In this document: in pieces, positions 1 to 12,600 of the stretch
How positions within the stretch are numbered: the stretch's first letter is position 1
Layout of the letters: each line of letters starts with the position of its first letter
Assembly: GCA_008632985.1 (NCBI GenBank)
Contig: QPGO01000071.1
Location: 124,001 to 172,291, forward strand
Source of the DNA: Psammoneis japonica
Lineage: Eukaryota
DNA: 48,291 bases
Reading direction: 5' to 3'
Position numbers and translations under genes: made by a program
Notes under the pieces: model-generated
What the model was told of the DNA's origin: nothing
Seen by the model: only the letters and a program-made list of their open reading frames with translations
Databases searched by the model: none

Positions 1-181
1 TCGATGATCCCGTCATGCTAAAGGATCGTACTTGCGACCTCAGCAACGGTGCGCTCCTGACAGCTGCTTGTTGCATCGATGGCATACAGAGTGCTCGTAT
101 CTGTGGTGTCGTCGTCATTCTTGCACCCATCATAACGCGAACTCGTCCGGACGCCAATTTTGTGACTGCGTTTCGAAACAT
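1..181 (-). CDS. 5' end of a gene running off the window; N-terminus resembles a mitochondrial presequence
   Basis: ATG at 181 opens a frame to the window edge: MFRNAVTKLASGRVRVMMGARMTTTPQIRALCMPSMQQAAVRSAPLLRSQVRSFSMTGSS. It is Arg/Ser/Ala-rich, has no acidic residues and carries a VRSFS cleavage-like motif. TpA/CpG content is normal. Confidence 0.6.
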   Translation of the reverse strand, partial: MFRNAVTKLASGRVRVMMGARMTTTPQIRALCMPSMQQAAVRSAPLLRSQVRSFSMTGSS

Positions 182-489
182 AGCGTAAGCTGCTTCTTAT
201 ATCTATCTATCGAGAGGTCTGTATTATCCGTGTTGCAAAACCTAGTTGATATATCGTTGATGCTGCGCATATGCTGATTTATTTCGTGTTTTTTATGCCT
301 TGACAGATGTTGCGAGAAAGCTGGGTTCGCAAATGCGGCCATCATCTTGAGTTTCTGTGCGCGAAACAGATGCCGTCAACCAGCTGTGTTCTTCAGCGAA
401 CCCAAGGGTGTCACAGTGACATCGGAGTTGAAGGAGCCACGTCACGGCGAACTTCTCAAAAATCGAATACTTCGATTAGATTCTGACTG

Positions 490-3400
490 CATGTACCATG
501 TACGACACATGCTCCACTGACTAGAGCCAGGCAGCAGAGCACTTGCTGCTTGTGCTGGCACAGGAGCACAGGGCCCATTACAACCCTGTGCCACCTTAGC
601 TACTCTGCTGGCAGCTTCTATATAAAGAGCTGCTCTCTCATGAGAGTCAAGAGAGCTGGCGCCAGACTGCAGCAAAGCCTCTCTGCACAGCCATGTGCGC
701 TCATCTCAGGGCTCTCTGCTCTTGCTGGCACAACAGCTCATTCCCAAATGAGGTCATGAAGTTGCAATGAGTGAGTAGATTCAAAAATGTCACATCAGAA
801 ATGACAAACTCCATGCTGGTGTGTGCCACACAGCACAACACAAAAAAAGAGCTCCTTGGTCCTCGAGCACAGCACTCACCCCCCCCCCCCCCCCCGGCCA
901 AGACAAATGCACAAAGGGCACATCATCACATTGCGCCAACTTGTCCTTGGTGTCCTGCTTCTTCCACAACTTCATCTGTGCCCCCCCTTGTGTGAGCAGA
1001 CTGGCGGGCTGCGGCACAGATTTTCTGTTTTTGCCGCCACAAACAAGCGTCCTTCATGCTCTTTTTTGCACCACTGTCCAATTGTGCACAGCAGCCAGAG
1101 TCATGTGCAAGGGTCAAGTGCAGTGTGCTTTCATCCCAGGTGCAAAAACAATGCACAATCTGTGCAGATGTCAGATGCCATGTCTGTCCTTCTTCTGTTG
1201 TGCCATGCATTTTGTGCGAGCAATCATGGCTGCTGGCTTTCTCCCCAATTTTTTTGTTTTGCTTCTTTTCTCAGGTTTGTTTCTTGTTTTGTGAGGTGCT
1301 GCCAGCTGTCACTCTCATTGCTTGGATCTGATGTCAATGCTGCATCAAGCCAAATGCCAAGCACTGATCATCATCATCTGACATTGGAGCACATGCTTTC
1401 AGACTGTTCACATGACTTGTTCATTTTGTTGCCACCATTGCAATGTGGCTCACTTTTTTTCATGCACAAAAACACCTTTGTTGCTTCCCATCCATCCATG
1501 CTGCAAAAAGCATTTCAGCATGAGTGCAAGTGTGAGCTGTTTTGGTTGGCACAGCAAAGCCAATCACAGAGAGAGCTCAAGATTCTGGCAACTAAGTTGA
1601 TGAGGAAACGGGTGCAGATGATGAAATGGAGGCAAAGCCCTCACAACACCTTTCACAATTCAGCATTGGTGCCATCATGCAGTGGGAAAACATTGATGCT
1701 CCATGCCGCTGCAACAAAGCCATGTGTCTGCTTGTCCTGGATTGCAGGAAGGGACCCAAGCGATTCTCATCTTGATGAGTTCTTTGCTTTGACTCCATTT
1801 GATCCTTCTGCAGAAGATGCCCGCAATGAAATCTTGTCTTGCATTGCTTGGGAAAGAGGTGACAGAGAGCTGCAGAGGTTTGTTTGATTTAAGGAAAATG
1901 AAGCTGACTTTGAGGAGGTTGGCTTGGCAGGTGGCTGACAAGAAGCCAACACAATCAAGCAGTGCTTCTTGTGGATGAATCAAATGTGGCCCCATGCAAC
2001 ATGGCACATTGAAAAGACATGAGTGCTCTCCTTGACAACAACTTCATGGCTGGGGTGGGGGGTGGGCTGCACATTGATTGGCTCTGCAATTGGCTGTCCT
2101 CCCAGAATGCATCAGAGGTTGCAGCTCTGACAAAGCTTTGCAGACTCCACCTTTGCTGCAGAGTGGGGACAAGGTTGCCTTGCACCCACTGTTGCACAAT
2201 GAGTCAAAGCTTTTCCAAATGCACACAACCTGTTTAGAACCCAATCCTGTGCAAGTGAGTGCCATGATGTTGGGAGAAAGCTGTCATTTGCATGGCCCCT
2301 TTTTGTGCTTGCTCAAGGTGCCATCATCGGAAAAATGTTGCTGGCTCCATGCAACTTTGGAGAGTTCAGATGTTGATGAACCAAAGGCTTTTAAAGCAGC
2401 CTTCCTGCTTGCTGTCCTTGTGCGCTTGCTTTCTGGGCAGCAACATCCACCATGTGCACCTTTTCATCCTGAGATGAAAGATCTGGAGACAGCTTTTGTT
2501 CATCCACTTGGATGTCGCACATCTCAGAAAAGGCCACAACTCCAGCTGACATTGATGCAGATGTCACAGACTGGTTTTCTGGGGAGCCCAAGGTTGTGCC
2601 ATTTCTGATGCACAGCTTCTTCCTTCTCCACAGGGAAAGAGAAAGATGACAAGCAGTTTTTGGCCACAAGTGCAAGCAAGGAGTGGTCACCTCATTGACG
2701 ATGCATGGCCACAAGTTCTGCTCTCATTGTGTGTTGAAGCAGGTGTCACAAGTGCCATGTGCAAGAAGATTGCAACCACATTGGGGGACAAGAACATTGT
2801 GGCTGGAGCTTGCTGGGTCAATCCAACCAAAGCAATGTTTTGGGAGTGTCTGCGTTGGAGGCATTGCCTCAAGGTCCTTGTGTGAGACATTGGTGCAAGC
2901 CAAGAAAGGGCCTAAAAAAAAGCTCGGCAGTCGCTGTGATGTGATTTGATTCAGTGTCACTGTTCTACGATCACACAAGAAAGTTGATTCTGACTTTCAT
3001 GCCTTCACTGGTTGTCATTTCATTCTCTTGATTGTTGTGACTGTGGGTTCTTGTCAGAAGCTGCGGTTCTCACAGGATGCAATTCGTGACTTGAACGGTT
3101 GCTTTTTCATTCTCTTCATGAACTGTTGTGCATTCATTGTGACTGCTTCACGAAAGTGTTGGTCAATGAATGTGCTTGCAATTCTCTCCAGCACAACCAA
3201 CAATTTCAATGATTGCAAGAACAGATGGGGCACGATGCGTCGTAAAAAGATGCACCGAAAGTGGCTTGCAGCATTGCCTGGATTATTCCTTGTTGCTCCG
3301 CTGGATATGATGTCTAAAACAAGCATGAAAACGCCACTGCTGCAGGGACTCAACCCTCTTAGCAGCTCTATCCTCTACCATGTGTGAACTTCTAGAGAGC
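490..3400 (+). pseudogene. Degenerate TpA/CpG-depleted repeat or pseudogene remnant (boundaries approximate; family unassigned)
   Basis: TA is nearly absent and TG/CA strongly in excess. Broken plus-strand frames translate to Tyr-free, Cys/His-rich text with TGA stops. Poly-C tract at about 878-895. Confidence 0.55.
568..662 (+). repeat. Diverged direct repeat, copy 1 (copy 2 at about 3343-3434)
   Basis: AGAGCTGCTCTCTCATGAGAGTCAAGAGAGCTGGCGC here versus AGAGCTGTTCTCTCATGAGGAGTCGAGAGAGACTGGAGC near 3396-3434. Both have upstream CAGGG..CAACCCT..CTTAGC blocks. Confidence 0.55.
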
Positions 3401-3644
3401 TGTTCTCTCATGAGGAGTCGAGAGAGACTGGAGCACCGGTGCAATGGCTCATTTTTCTGTAAACAGCTAGCGTGAAGCCGTGAAGCCCCGCCAAAGGCCC
3501 GACGCGTAGGGATGATTGAGCATATTCGAGATTGTCGCATAAGAAATGAGAAACTCTACGCACAACAGAACAAAAAGATATTATAGACCTTGCGGACGAG
3601 AACTAACTCTTCAGTTACATTTAGATAACTTAAACATAAACGCA

Positions 3645-6600
3645 TCATGCCAACTTGTCCTTAATTCCCTGCTTCTTCCACAACACAGCGTACAGTCCGT
3701 CTTGTTCAAGCAGACTCGAATGCGATCCAGATTCTTTGACACCGCCGCCATCAAGCACCGCAATTGTGTCGCACTTTTGCACCGTTGTCAAACGGTGTGC
3801 AACAACCAGAGTCGTGCGAGGGTGCGATGCCTGCATTTCATCCAGGGCTGCCTGAACCACTGTCTCGGATTTGGGATCAAGAGCGGAGGTGGCCTCGTCC
3901 AAAACGAGAATTGAAGGGTTCTTAATGATGGCACGAGCAATGGCAATGCGTTGCTTTTGGCCACCGGACAGCAAGGAGCCTCCTGCACCAATGTCGGTCT
4001 CGTAGCCATCTGACAGTTCCTGAATGAAAGAATGCGCGTTTGCAGCCTTGGTGGCTTCCTCGATTTCTGCTTGAGTTGCATCAGGTTTGCCCAAAAGAAT
4101 GTTTTCGCGCACAGTTCCTGCAAACAATACGGGCTGTTGCCCAACATATCCAATGTTCCCACGCAGCCAGTGAACGTTCAGATCCATAACGTTGTTGTCG
4201 TCAACCGCAACTTGTCCAGACGAGACGTCATAGAATCGCAGCAAAAGCTGTAATGCTGTACTCTTCCCACAACCAGATTTACCAACAAACTAGTTTGAAT
4301 AAAAGAAACAAACGAGTGCATTCCAGTATGCAAATAACAAGGAAAGCACCAGCAACAGAAGCATGTGAGTTTCGTTGCAGCGTCCTCAGCAAACAAAATT
4401 GTCCTTAAAGCTACTTGAGCGACACGACACTTACCCCTACAGATTTTTGGGGAGGAATAGAGAGATTGAAGCCGTCGCGATCTGCCGCAGGATAGAAAAT
4501 AGGATGTTCTGGGCGTGTTGGATAACTAAACCCAATAGATTTGAAGTTGACAGAACCATCAAGCTTGGACGGCCTTGATCCGTCCTCCGATAGCGGATCA
4601 ATGCTATCATACGGCTCATCGACCACAGCAAACATACGAGCAGCTGCTGTTAGTCCCTTATGGCGAGAATTGAAGTCTGCGTTTCCCTGTGAAAGTGGAT
4701 GTATGGACCAGCAAGAAAACAGTGAAGTTGACACCAACATGTGCATCTTGACTGGCGGTTTTACTCACCTGTGCAACTGTAAGCGCGGCAAACATTACAG
4801 CAAGGAGACTAACAAAAAAGTCGGTAAAATCAACTTTCTGCGACATCATTAGCTCAAGACCCGCGTAGAACAGGATTGCAAACGTTGTGTACGTTGCAAA
4901 CGAGCTGAAACCAAAAACAAAGCCCGCGATCATGCCCTCTTTCACTTTATTTTTGGATAGTGGCTCCAATGCCTTCGCGTAGTCATTCGCTAAATCTTCT
5001 TGGAGATTATATGCCTGAACCAAACTAATTTCACGAAGTCCCTGCTCTAAAATCGTCGACGACGTTACTCCCTCCTCTACGTATCGAGCCCGCCTCGTGC
5101 ATCTGGTCTCGACAAATGAAGCAAACAGGATAAAGGGTACACACGCAATTGCAATCAGCCCGATTTGCCACGAGTACAACATGGCAATTACAACACCAGT
5201 GATCATTGCAGAAATGACCTGAATTTGGTAGCCAAGTTGCCAACCCGTGATCATTGAGACTGCTTCAGCATCATCCTCCAGTCGAGCAGTGAGTTCGCCT
5301 GTTGAATGCTCCGGATAGTCAAACCATCCCATTGAGTGTCGGACAATCTTTCCGAATACAAAAACTCTCATTCGCCTTGTCAAACGGAAGCCAGAGACTG
5401 ACAAACCACCAGCCAGAGCAAGGTTTCCTAACAACGCTGCGCCGCCCAAAATGAAGAAATAAAGGGAGAGAGTCCTATTTTCCCTTCTCATATCGTCCGG
5501 TTGGAGAGTAAAGAAATTCGCTGTGATCATTGCGTATAAGATACCTTCGGCGGGTTTCAATGCCCCAGTGACAATGGCCCCTGAAACTCCCATAATCACA
5601 TACTTGCGCTCGGGCTTGTTGTAGGAGAGAAGACGAGACATGCTTGCCTTTTCCTCTTCAATTATGGTGGCGTCCCCTTCTTCTTCTGACTGGGGTTTCA
5701 CAACAGAAATACCAGCTTCAATGTCCTGAAGGTCCCCAGAGGGTTCCAAACTCGTTTCGACACAAGTCCCCGTGTTTCCTGCTTTCTCCACAGCATTTGC
5801 TTCTGTGGAATCGGCTGCAGAGTTAATGCCGATCCCTTGGGCATCGCATAGCATAGAATAGATTCCACCCTTGTTGAAGAGCTCTTCGTGAGTTCCAATT
5901 TCTGCAATACCCCCATGAGCAATAACCGCAATCTCATCACTATCGATGATGGTCGATAACCTGTGTGCCACGGTCACGGTCGTGAGCTTCATAGTCTTGC
6001 GAATGTTAGCGAGGGCCTCTTGAACATATTTCTCGCTTTGGTTGTCCAGTGCACTTGTAGCTTCATCGAGCAACAGAATTGCTGGGTTACCAACAAGGGC
6101 TCGCGCAATGGCAATCCTCTGGATCTGCCCGCCGCTCAATTGGATCGATGCGCCACTATACATGGTATTGTAGCCATCAGGGAGCTCTCGGATGAACTCG
6201 TCTGCGCACGCAGCCCTGGCGGCGGCATATACTTGTTCGTCTGAAGGTGGCTTGTCCCCAACAGCCATACCTGCCGCAATATTGTCTCTGATTGTTCCGA
6301 TCAAAAGAGAAGGCTCCTGTGGTACATAGCCGATTCTGGAACGCCACCATTTCAGGTTAAGGTCGGGAAGGGGCACGCCGTCTACCAGGATGGTACCGTG
6401 GTTAGGATCATAGAAGCGAAGGAGAAGCTTCGTAATCGAAGATTTGCCGCTCCCACTCGGTCCAGTCAACGCAACGGAAGATCCTGCCTTGATCATCAAA
6501 TTCAAATTGGAAAAGACAGGGTCGAAGGGACGGGTCGGGTATGCAAAAGTAACGTTCTGAAATTGAATCGACCCTTCAAACTGGTCAAGTCTATCGCCTT

Positions 6601-7996
6601 CATCCGATGATGCATCGATGTCGGGCTTACGCTTGATCGTATCAAACACGTCGACAGCCGCCTGTCGCCCAAGGTTTATGGCCTGGATACCAGGAGCCAT
6701 CATGGTGAAAAATTGACAGGCGAGAATGACCCCGTAAATGCACCTGAAAGACAGACAAGATAGTTGCCATGACATGAGATTCAATTTTCTCCAACACATA
6801 AAGGACCAGTCCGGAAAATCAGTTACTACTTACACCAAGACTTCTCCACCGCTGATACCACAGTATTGAAACATGCAGTAGAATGGATTCGGGTAAGAGT
6901 TCTCGACGTCACCAGTTTCTGCCACCTGATATGTTCCATAGATAAACGAAACAACGTAAGCGGTGTAAAACAAAAACCCGGTCAAGCCTGACGAAACGCC
7001 GGTCAAAAATCCTCCTCGAATGGACCACTTCTGTCCATCCACTACAGTTTCTTCATAGCGTTCGACAGCCCAAGACTCGAGCGAAAGCGAGGCTACTGTC
7101 TTGATTCCCGAGATCACTTCGGTTGCAAACGCTCCAGCGTAGGCAAAATTCTTGAGCGCCTCACCACTGCTCTGACGAACGAAGATGCTCACAATGATGA
7201 TGACAAGCCCCACCACGGGTAAAAACGCCATGACAATCAGAGCCAGTGACCAGTCCAGTCCTACTGCTACTACCAGGCAAAAAAAGGAAGAGAGAAGGTT
7301 CGCGTAAGTGTCCGCCATGGTCCGCCCGATGGCCACGTTGATCTTGTTCAATGCGTTGGCCGCCAGAGTCGGTAGTTCTTGAGGATCTCCACGTAAATCA
7401 AACCACTTGGCCTCTTGTGCAAAAGCGCATCTCACAAAGGCTTCACGGATCCGCAGCGACTGCTTTTCGCCGGTGAGCGTCCACAGCGCAACATACATGG
7501 CCCCAGCAAAGAGTGATACAACACCCAAAATGATGAAGGAGTAGACCAAATCCATGAGCTTATCTTGCAATATTTCTACTGCACGATCTGCTCCGACTTC
7601 GTTGATGAGCTTGCCAAGATCATTGAAGACGTTGAGACTCTGCGCAAGTAGCATCAGCCAAACCGGCATTGCAAGACCAGAGATGGTGGCAGATAGCAAA
7701 CCAAAACACATCTGCAAGCGCTCTCGCTTGGTCGAAAACGACAAGAGAGACAACATAGAGACACGCGGCGGGGTCGTTTCCACCTCAGCTTCTGGAGTTT
7801 CTTCTTGAAGAACCGTCGAAGCGGCTCGATCGTTCGCCCATTCAATTACATAACAGCTGGCAGCTTTCGATGTGAGCAACGGATTCGCCGCACGAATCTC
7901 ATCCAACTCATGATTCTCCGTTAGCGTCGTCTCGTGCACAGAAGGCCGCCTGCGGCTGACGCCCATCGACAGCTTGTCCAGGGTGCCGCTCGTCAT
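3645..7996 (-). CDS. Full-size ABC transporter, subfamily B (MDR/P-glycoprotein-like), TMD-NBD-TMD-NBD, about 1344 aa; exons 7996-6834, 6743-4769, 4686-4435, 4289-3645
   Basis: Walker A GPSGSGKS and GKSGCGKS, signatures LSGGQIQRIAIARA and LSGGQKQRIAIARA, Walker B ILLLDEATSALD and ILVLDEATSALD, H-loop VAHRL twice, and two TM bundles. GT-AG introns at 6744-6833 (GTAAGT..TTTCAG), 4687-4768 (GTGAGT..CACAG) and 4290-4434 (GTAAGT..CTAG) splice to one 4035-nt open frame. Confidence 0.95.
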
Positions 7997-8329
7997 GGTA
8001 GGCTACGGCCTTATTCTTTCGAGTGGCGCACGTTGGTAGCTGTAAAGGTACGGTACAGTAGAATGTAGAAGGTGGAAGGATTAACAATGAAGAGAATGAA
8101 TGATGAATGAAGCTTTCGCGGTGTCCGACAAGAGGAGGGACATCATTGGCTTCCACCTTCCACTTTTGACGATGCTTTCTGATTGGTCGAATGCTTCAGC
8201 AGCGAACCCCGATGTGTCATTCCAGTCGCGCTTGGGGCAATTGGAACAGATTGAAAACAGACTGCATTCAAAATAATTGAGAAATCCCTTGCTTGGCGGG
8301 CAGACGCGAGTGTCGTTCGTGAGTTGGTG

Positions 8330-9620
8330 CATGACCTGAAGACATGTCAGGGAAGGCTGAGAAAGCGAAAACACAAGAACGGAAAAATCAAAAGGAAGCC
8401 AGGGAACATGGAGCCCACATGAAAAGCTTGGAGGAGGCAATGGCAAGCCTGAAGGAGCATGTGAACAAGGAGATGCTGAGCATGAGATGAGAACAAGCGG
8501 CCACCACACAACGTGCCAGCAACGGCATGGGGGGCAAAAACCTGTCCCGGGAATCCAAGCCACACAACATGAGTGGCAGCCCCTCTTGGGCTTGTTGTGA
8601 ACACATGGCGCACAATGCTGATTTCCAACCTGAGCAGTTGTGAGAACAAGCAACTGGCATGCATTGTGTGGGCGCACGTTGCTCACACAAGCAACGGACA
8701 CTGTGCTGGCAGCACGTGTCCTCACGCTCACAAAGAGAGCATGGTGATGCACACATGAGCATATCCCCCAATTCCAACTGACTCAACCCAACAGCCTTGT
8801 TGCACAATGTTTTTCCAGACACACTGTCAAGCAACAAAAAGGCTGCAGTGCACAGCTGAAGTTGTTGTTGCTTCCAATGAGTGGGAGAGTTGAGTGCCAT
8901 GTGCGCAGCATGCAACAGAGTGCAAAGAAGTTTTGTGCACAGAGTGATGTGCAGAAAACCTGGGTTCACAACGTGTGTTTTCAGAAAGAGCATTTTGGCA
9001 GACAGTGGGAGAGAAGCTCATCATGTCGTGAACGCACACCAGCTTCTGCCAATGCAAAACTGGGTTTTGAACGTGCCAGTTTCCTGCAGGAATTTCATGG
9101 AAGCAAGCCTCTAAAACAAGTGCTCAAAAAGAAACACACATGGCAAGGAAAAAGTGGGAGAGAACAAGTTGTGCAGGAAAGTTTGTGAAACAGCTTCCTT
9201 CAACAAGGTGGTGTGAAGGAAAGACAAAGGAGGCACAGAGGAGAGCAGAATGACCAGCAATCATGCACAACATGAGCTGTGATTTGATGCAGCCATCACT
9301 GCAAACTTCAGTGACAGTCAAGAAGTGCAAAAGGGCACCAAGTCTGGAGGACCTCAAAAACAATGTTGTGGTGTGCAGATGACACAAAACTGCCACACAA
9401 ATCTTGAGTGCCATGTTTGACCTCATGGCTGCATTTCACACAGTTGCTTCATGAACCAACTCTATGATTGGATGTTGAAATGTCCCACATGCATGGTGAA
9501 TGAGGGGTCAGTGTGGACCAGGGTTAACATTCTGATGGCAAAATGTTTGGCGCGCAAGATCACATGACATCATGATGCTCAAGACTTCTTGCTCGTTGCC
9601 TTTGTGTGACACTGTCTCGT
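8330..9620. pseudogene. Degenerate TpA-depleted repeat remnant, family unassigned (boundaries approximate)
   Basis: Abrupt switch to TA-poor, TG/CA-rich sequence between normal intergenic segments. No recognisable domain. Confidence 0.5.
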
Positions 9621-10157
9621 TGTTCGCCAGGGGAGGGTCTCATTGATCTGTGTCTGACGATTGAGGCTCACAGCAATCTTGGATTCTTAAAATTTGAGCG
9701 CATGGTGCCTGAACCATGTAAAATCCAGCTGGTTTCACTGTGGATCTATCTCTCCACTGCAGAGAAAAGCAATTTGATGGGCAGAATAATTGAGGGTGCA
9801 ACCTTTGGCTCTACGATGACAACTCATTATTTCCTGGACGAAGCACTTCAACAACTCACACTATAAAAGCTACAGTAGCTGAAAAAGGGGGTCGTTTGAA
9901 CATGTGAAGAAAATGAGAAAGCTCGCTTTAGAAGATTGAGATCCCGGAAGATGCCAAGGAAGAATCTAGAGTGCAGTAGATGACGTGCCCGCCAAACGCG
10001 AATGCAAAAACATGAGCCTCTGAACCACGAAAAGTCGACTTCGCCCCATACACGACAAACGTAGTTCAAGTACCATTGCCATTTATGTAGTTGCGAGCCA
10101 GTCATCCTTGTGCTTAGCCAAAACGAAGACGCGCGGTCAACCCAGCGACAACATCAT

Positions 10158-10418
10158 CTAATCATCATCGCTCGCACTCAATACTAAATCCATGCAGGTC
10201 ACGATTCCAATTCCAAAAGAGCCAAACACCACTGCAATTCCAACATACAAGTCCTTTTTATCATTGCCACTGCCTTGAGGCGGACTAGCAGAGGTCAGTC
10301 TTCGACTCGGCACCAGTGTTCTTCTGCGTGTAGAGCCGATAGGAGCGAATTCTGATGGAAGATTGTTCACGCGCCTGAAACATGATGACACCAACTGTCC
10401 GCCTATTCTTGGAAACAT
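10158..10418 (-). CDS. Small (86 aa) putative mitochondrial single-pass membrane protein
   Basis: Arg/Ser-rich N-terminus (MFPRIGGQLVSSCFRRV...RRLTSA), one hydrophobic segment (LYVGIAVVFGSFGIGIVTCM) and an acidic tail. Lies in unedited DNA. Confidence 0.5.
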   Translation of the reverse strand: MFPRIGGQLVSSCFRRVNNLPSEFAPIGSTRRRTLVPSRRLTSASPPQGSGNDKKDLYVGIAVVFGSFGIGIVTCMDLVLSASDDD

Positions 10419-11152
10419 TAGTGTCTGTTGTATTGAAAATTGATAATGGTAAACAAACGTGGGTAAAGAGGACGTGACGGCGAATTCCCGTCAAAATAAC
10501 AACGAGTGCCAATATGAAGCAGCACTGCGGAAGCGCTTGAATGAATCACGGATCTTTCCCGACTACAGGTACTTTTTTTTTTCAATTGAAATTTGAACTA
10601 TGAACTGTGTCTTTGTCCACCTTGTTTGTCCCAAGTCCCAAGCCAATGACTTTAGCCTTTCGCCTTGCTTTCGCCTTCGTAATCGACGCTGTCGATTGGT
10701 CTTCGCATTTCGGTTTTGGTCGATGGTGCGGTGTCACCAAACTTCAACACTTGCCAATTCCACAGTGTTCCACACGACGTACTTACGTACGTAGAAGTAG
10801 GTAGCGGGATGATTCCATCGACTGCGGCGCGCGGACGGACACTTGATGTGACTGACTCCTAGTAGAGTGTCTACTATCTATCCGAAAGCCGAATGCATGT
10901 TAGTGGATTCAACTCAAACGCATCACGCCCCAAGTGAAGAGAGAAGATCCCTGACACATTAACGCGTAGACTTTGACGCACGAGGAAACTGAACGTTTAA
11001 GTCGTCAAAACCCATCGCTTCATCCTCATTTTGATTTGAACTTGCTTTCTCACCGACAAAAAACACTGGAGCAGTAGTGGTACGTCGCTAGATAACATGG
11101 TCCTATAAAAATATAGAATACAACTAATGGTCGAGACGACGTCGCGATATAT

Positions 11153-11445
11153 TTACTCCGTTTTCTCTTCGGCTTGTACAGGAAGGTGCCCATCTCCATC
11201 CGTCTGAGGATCAAAGATCATTGCATAACACAAACCAACAAAGACAGCAGTGGCAGCAATTCCCCTCTTCAAGTTCGAGCTGCTATTTGATGCTGGTGCT
11301 GCAGCTGGTTCGGGTCACTCGCTTTGGGAGGAGGAGCAGTTCCGGCAGGAGGATCCTTGATTCTTCTTGCGCTAGGCCTAAAGTTGCGCACGGCAACACC
11401 GGCTGGCTTCTGCTGCAAACGAGTAACTGCTTGTCTCAAAAACAT
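11153..11445 (-). CDS. Small (about 97 aa) putative mitochondrial single-pass membrane protein with a 1-bp frameshift near 11309 (assembly indel or recent pseudogene)
   Basis: ATG at 11445 gives MFLRQAVTRLQQKPAGVAVRNFRPSARRIKDPPAGTAPPPKASDP. Adding one base at CCGAACCA continues PAAAPASNSSSNLKRGIAATAVFVGLCYAMIFDPQTDGDGHLPVQAEEKTE to TAA at 11153-11155. Confidence 0.55.
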
Positions 11446-11719
11446 CGTGACGGAAAAGTGAGGATCTTGAGAGAACCACTAGCAACCAATGAAGAGAAAT
11501 GTGTCTGCACTTGCAATCGACAATAACAGAAGCGACGATGTTGAATGTGGTGCGTTTGATAGAAGATATGATGTGTTGCGCCTTGGTCTCGACACGACAC
11601 GAAAAGAAGCAGGTCGCATGATGCGAACGCAATCCAAAATAATTGAACGTACTCGTGCACGAATACTTTAATGTGACGTGACGCAACATGACGTGTCCGT
11701 CTGTCAACGTCAGCTACTG

Positions 11720-12035
11720 TACACAGTGCACGTGCATGTGAAAAAGCTTGTGTTGTCACCCACCACATGCCACCCAGCTGCAGCTGGCAACGAAAGCAAA
11801 TTTTGAATGTTGTCCATTCTTGCAAAGGCTCCACATGACAAGAAGAAGGAGAGCAAACAAGTGCTGTCTCAAAACTCTGTAACTCTGTGTGCTCTTCTCC
11901 CAAGCAGCACAGCTGCAGCAGCAGCTTGTGTGGTGCATGGCAGCACACAGGCCTGCGTGTGAGGTTTCGATCACCCAAAACGCCCATTCTTGCTGGAGAG
12001 AAACTGGCCAATTTTCAATGACAAATGTGCAAAGC

Positions 12036-12066
<31 letters not shown>

Positions 12067-12600
12067 ACACACACTCCTCACTCTGGCTGATGTCACGATT
12101 GTGCTCACACACGCACTTTTGGCTGTTTGCTCACACGCACTTTTGGCTTTTTGAACAGCCACTTGCCACCAACTTTTTGCTTTTTGCTTGTCAACACATG
12201 GGTTCTTAAGAGCAGCATGCATGAAAAAATTGAATGATCACCTGGATTGTGGGTGGACCCAGAAACTCTGTGGTGAGATGATCAACAAAAAAGTGACAAA
12301 AAATGGGAAAGCTGCTGGCAACTGGGTGGCACGAGCATCACACACACACAGTGCAGTCAATTGATGGTTTTCTGGCAATGGTTTGCACTGCAGCTCCAAA
12401 GAAATCCACCTTTGAGCCAACCCAAAAAAATTGGCAAAGGCTGAGGCCTCAATCTCAGAAAGAGTTTTGCTTTGGAGCTGTCGCCGCTGCCACACAGAAA
12501 AGCTCACAACAAGAAAAGCTGACAAGCGAGGGGGGGGGGGGGGGGCAAAAAATGAAACCGTGGGGGGTGCCTGTCTTGGACATTTGGGCTGTGTTGGTGA
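11720..12600. repeat. TpA-depleted low-complexity segment upstream of the LINE: poly-C plus (CA)n at about 12035-12073, an approximately 26-bp tandem duplication at about 12100-12152, and poly-G at about 12530-12545
   Basis: Visible directly in the sequence. It may be the LINE 5' UTR or a separate non-autonomous element. Confidence 0.5.

Noticed and set aside
823..1887. The 354-aa ORF and the many similar ORFs in edited blocks as real genes
   Set aside because: They are Tyr-free, Cys/His-rich products of TAA/TAG erasure, overlap in multiple frames and have no coherent domains.
9606..9866. 86-aa ORF at the edge of an edited block
   Set aside because: Non-ATG start and no recognisable motif.
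12020..12560. MITE bounded by the poly-C and poly-G tracts as TIRs
   Set aside because: Complementarity does not extend beyond the homopolymers and no TSD was found.
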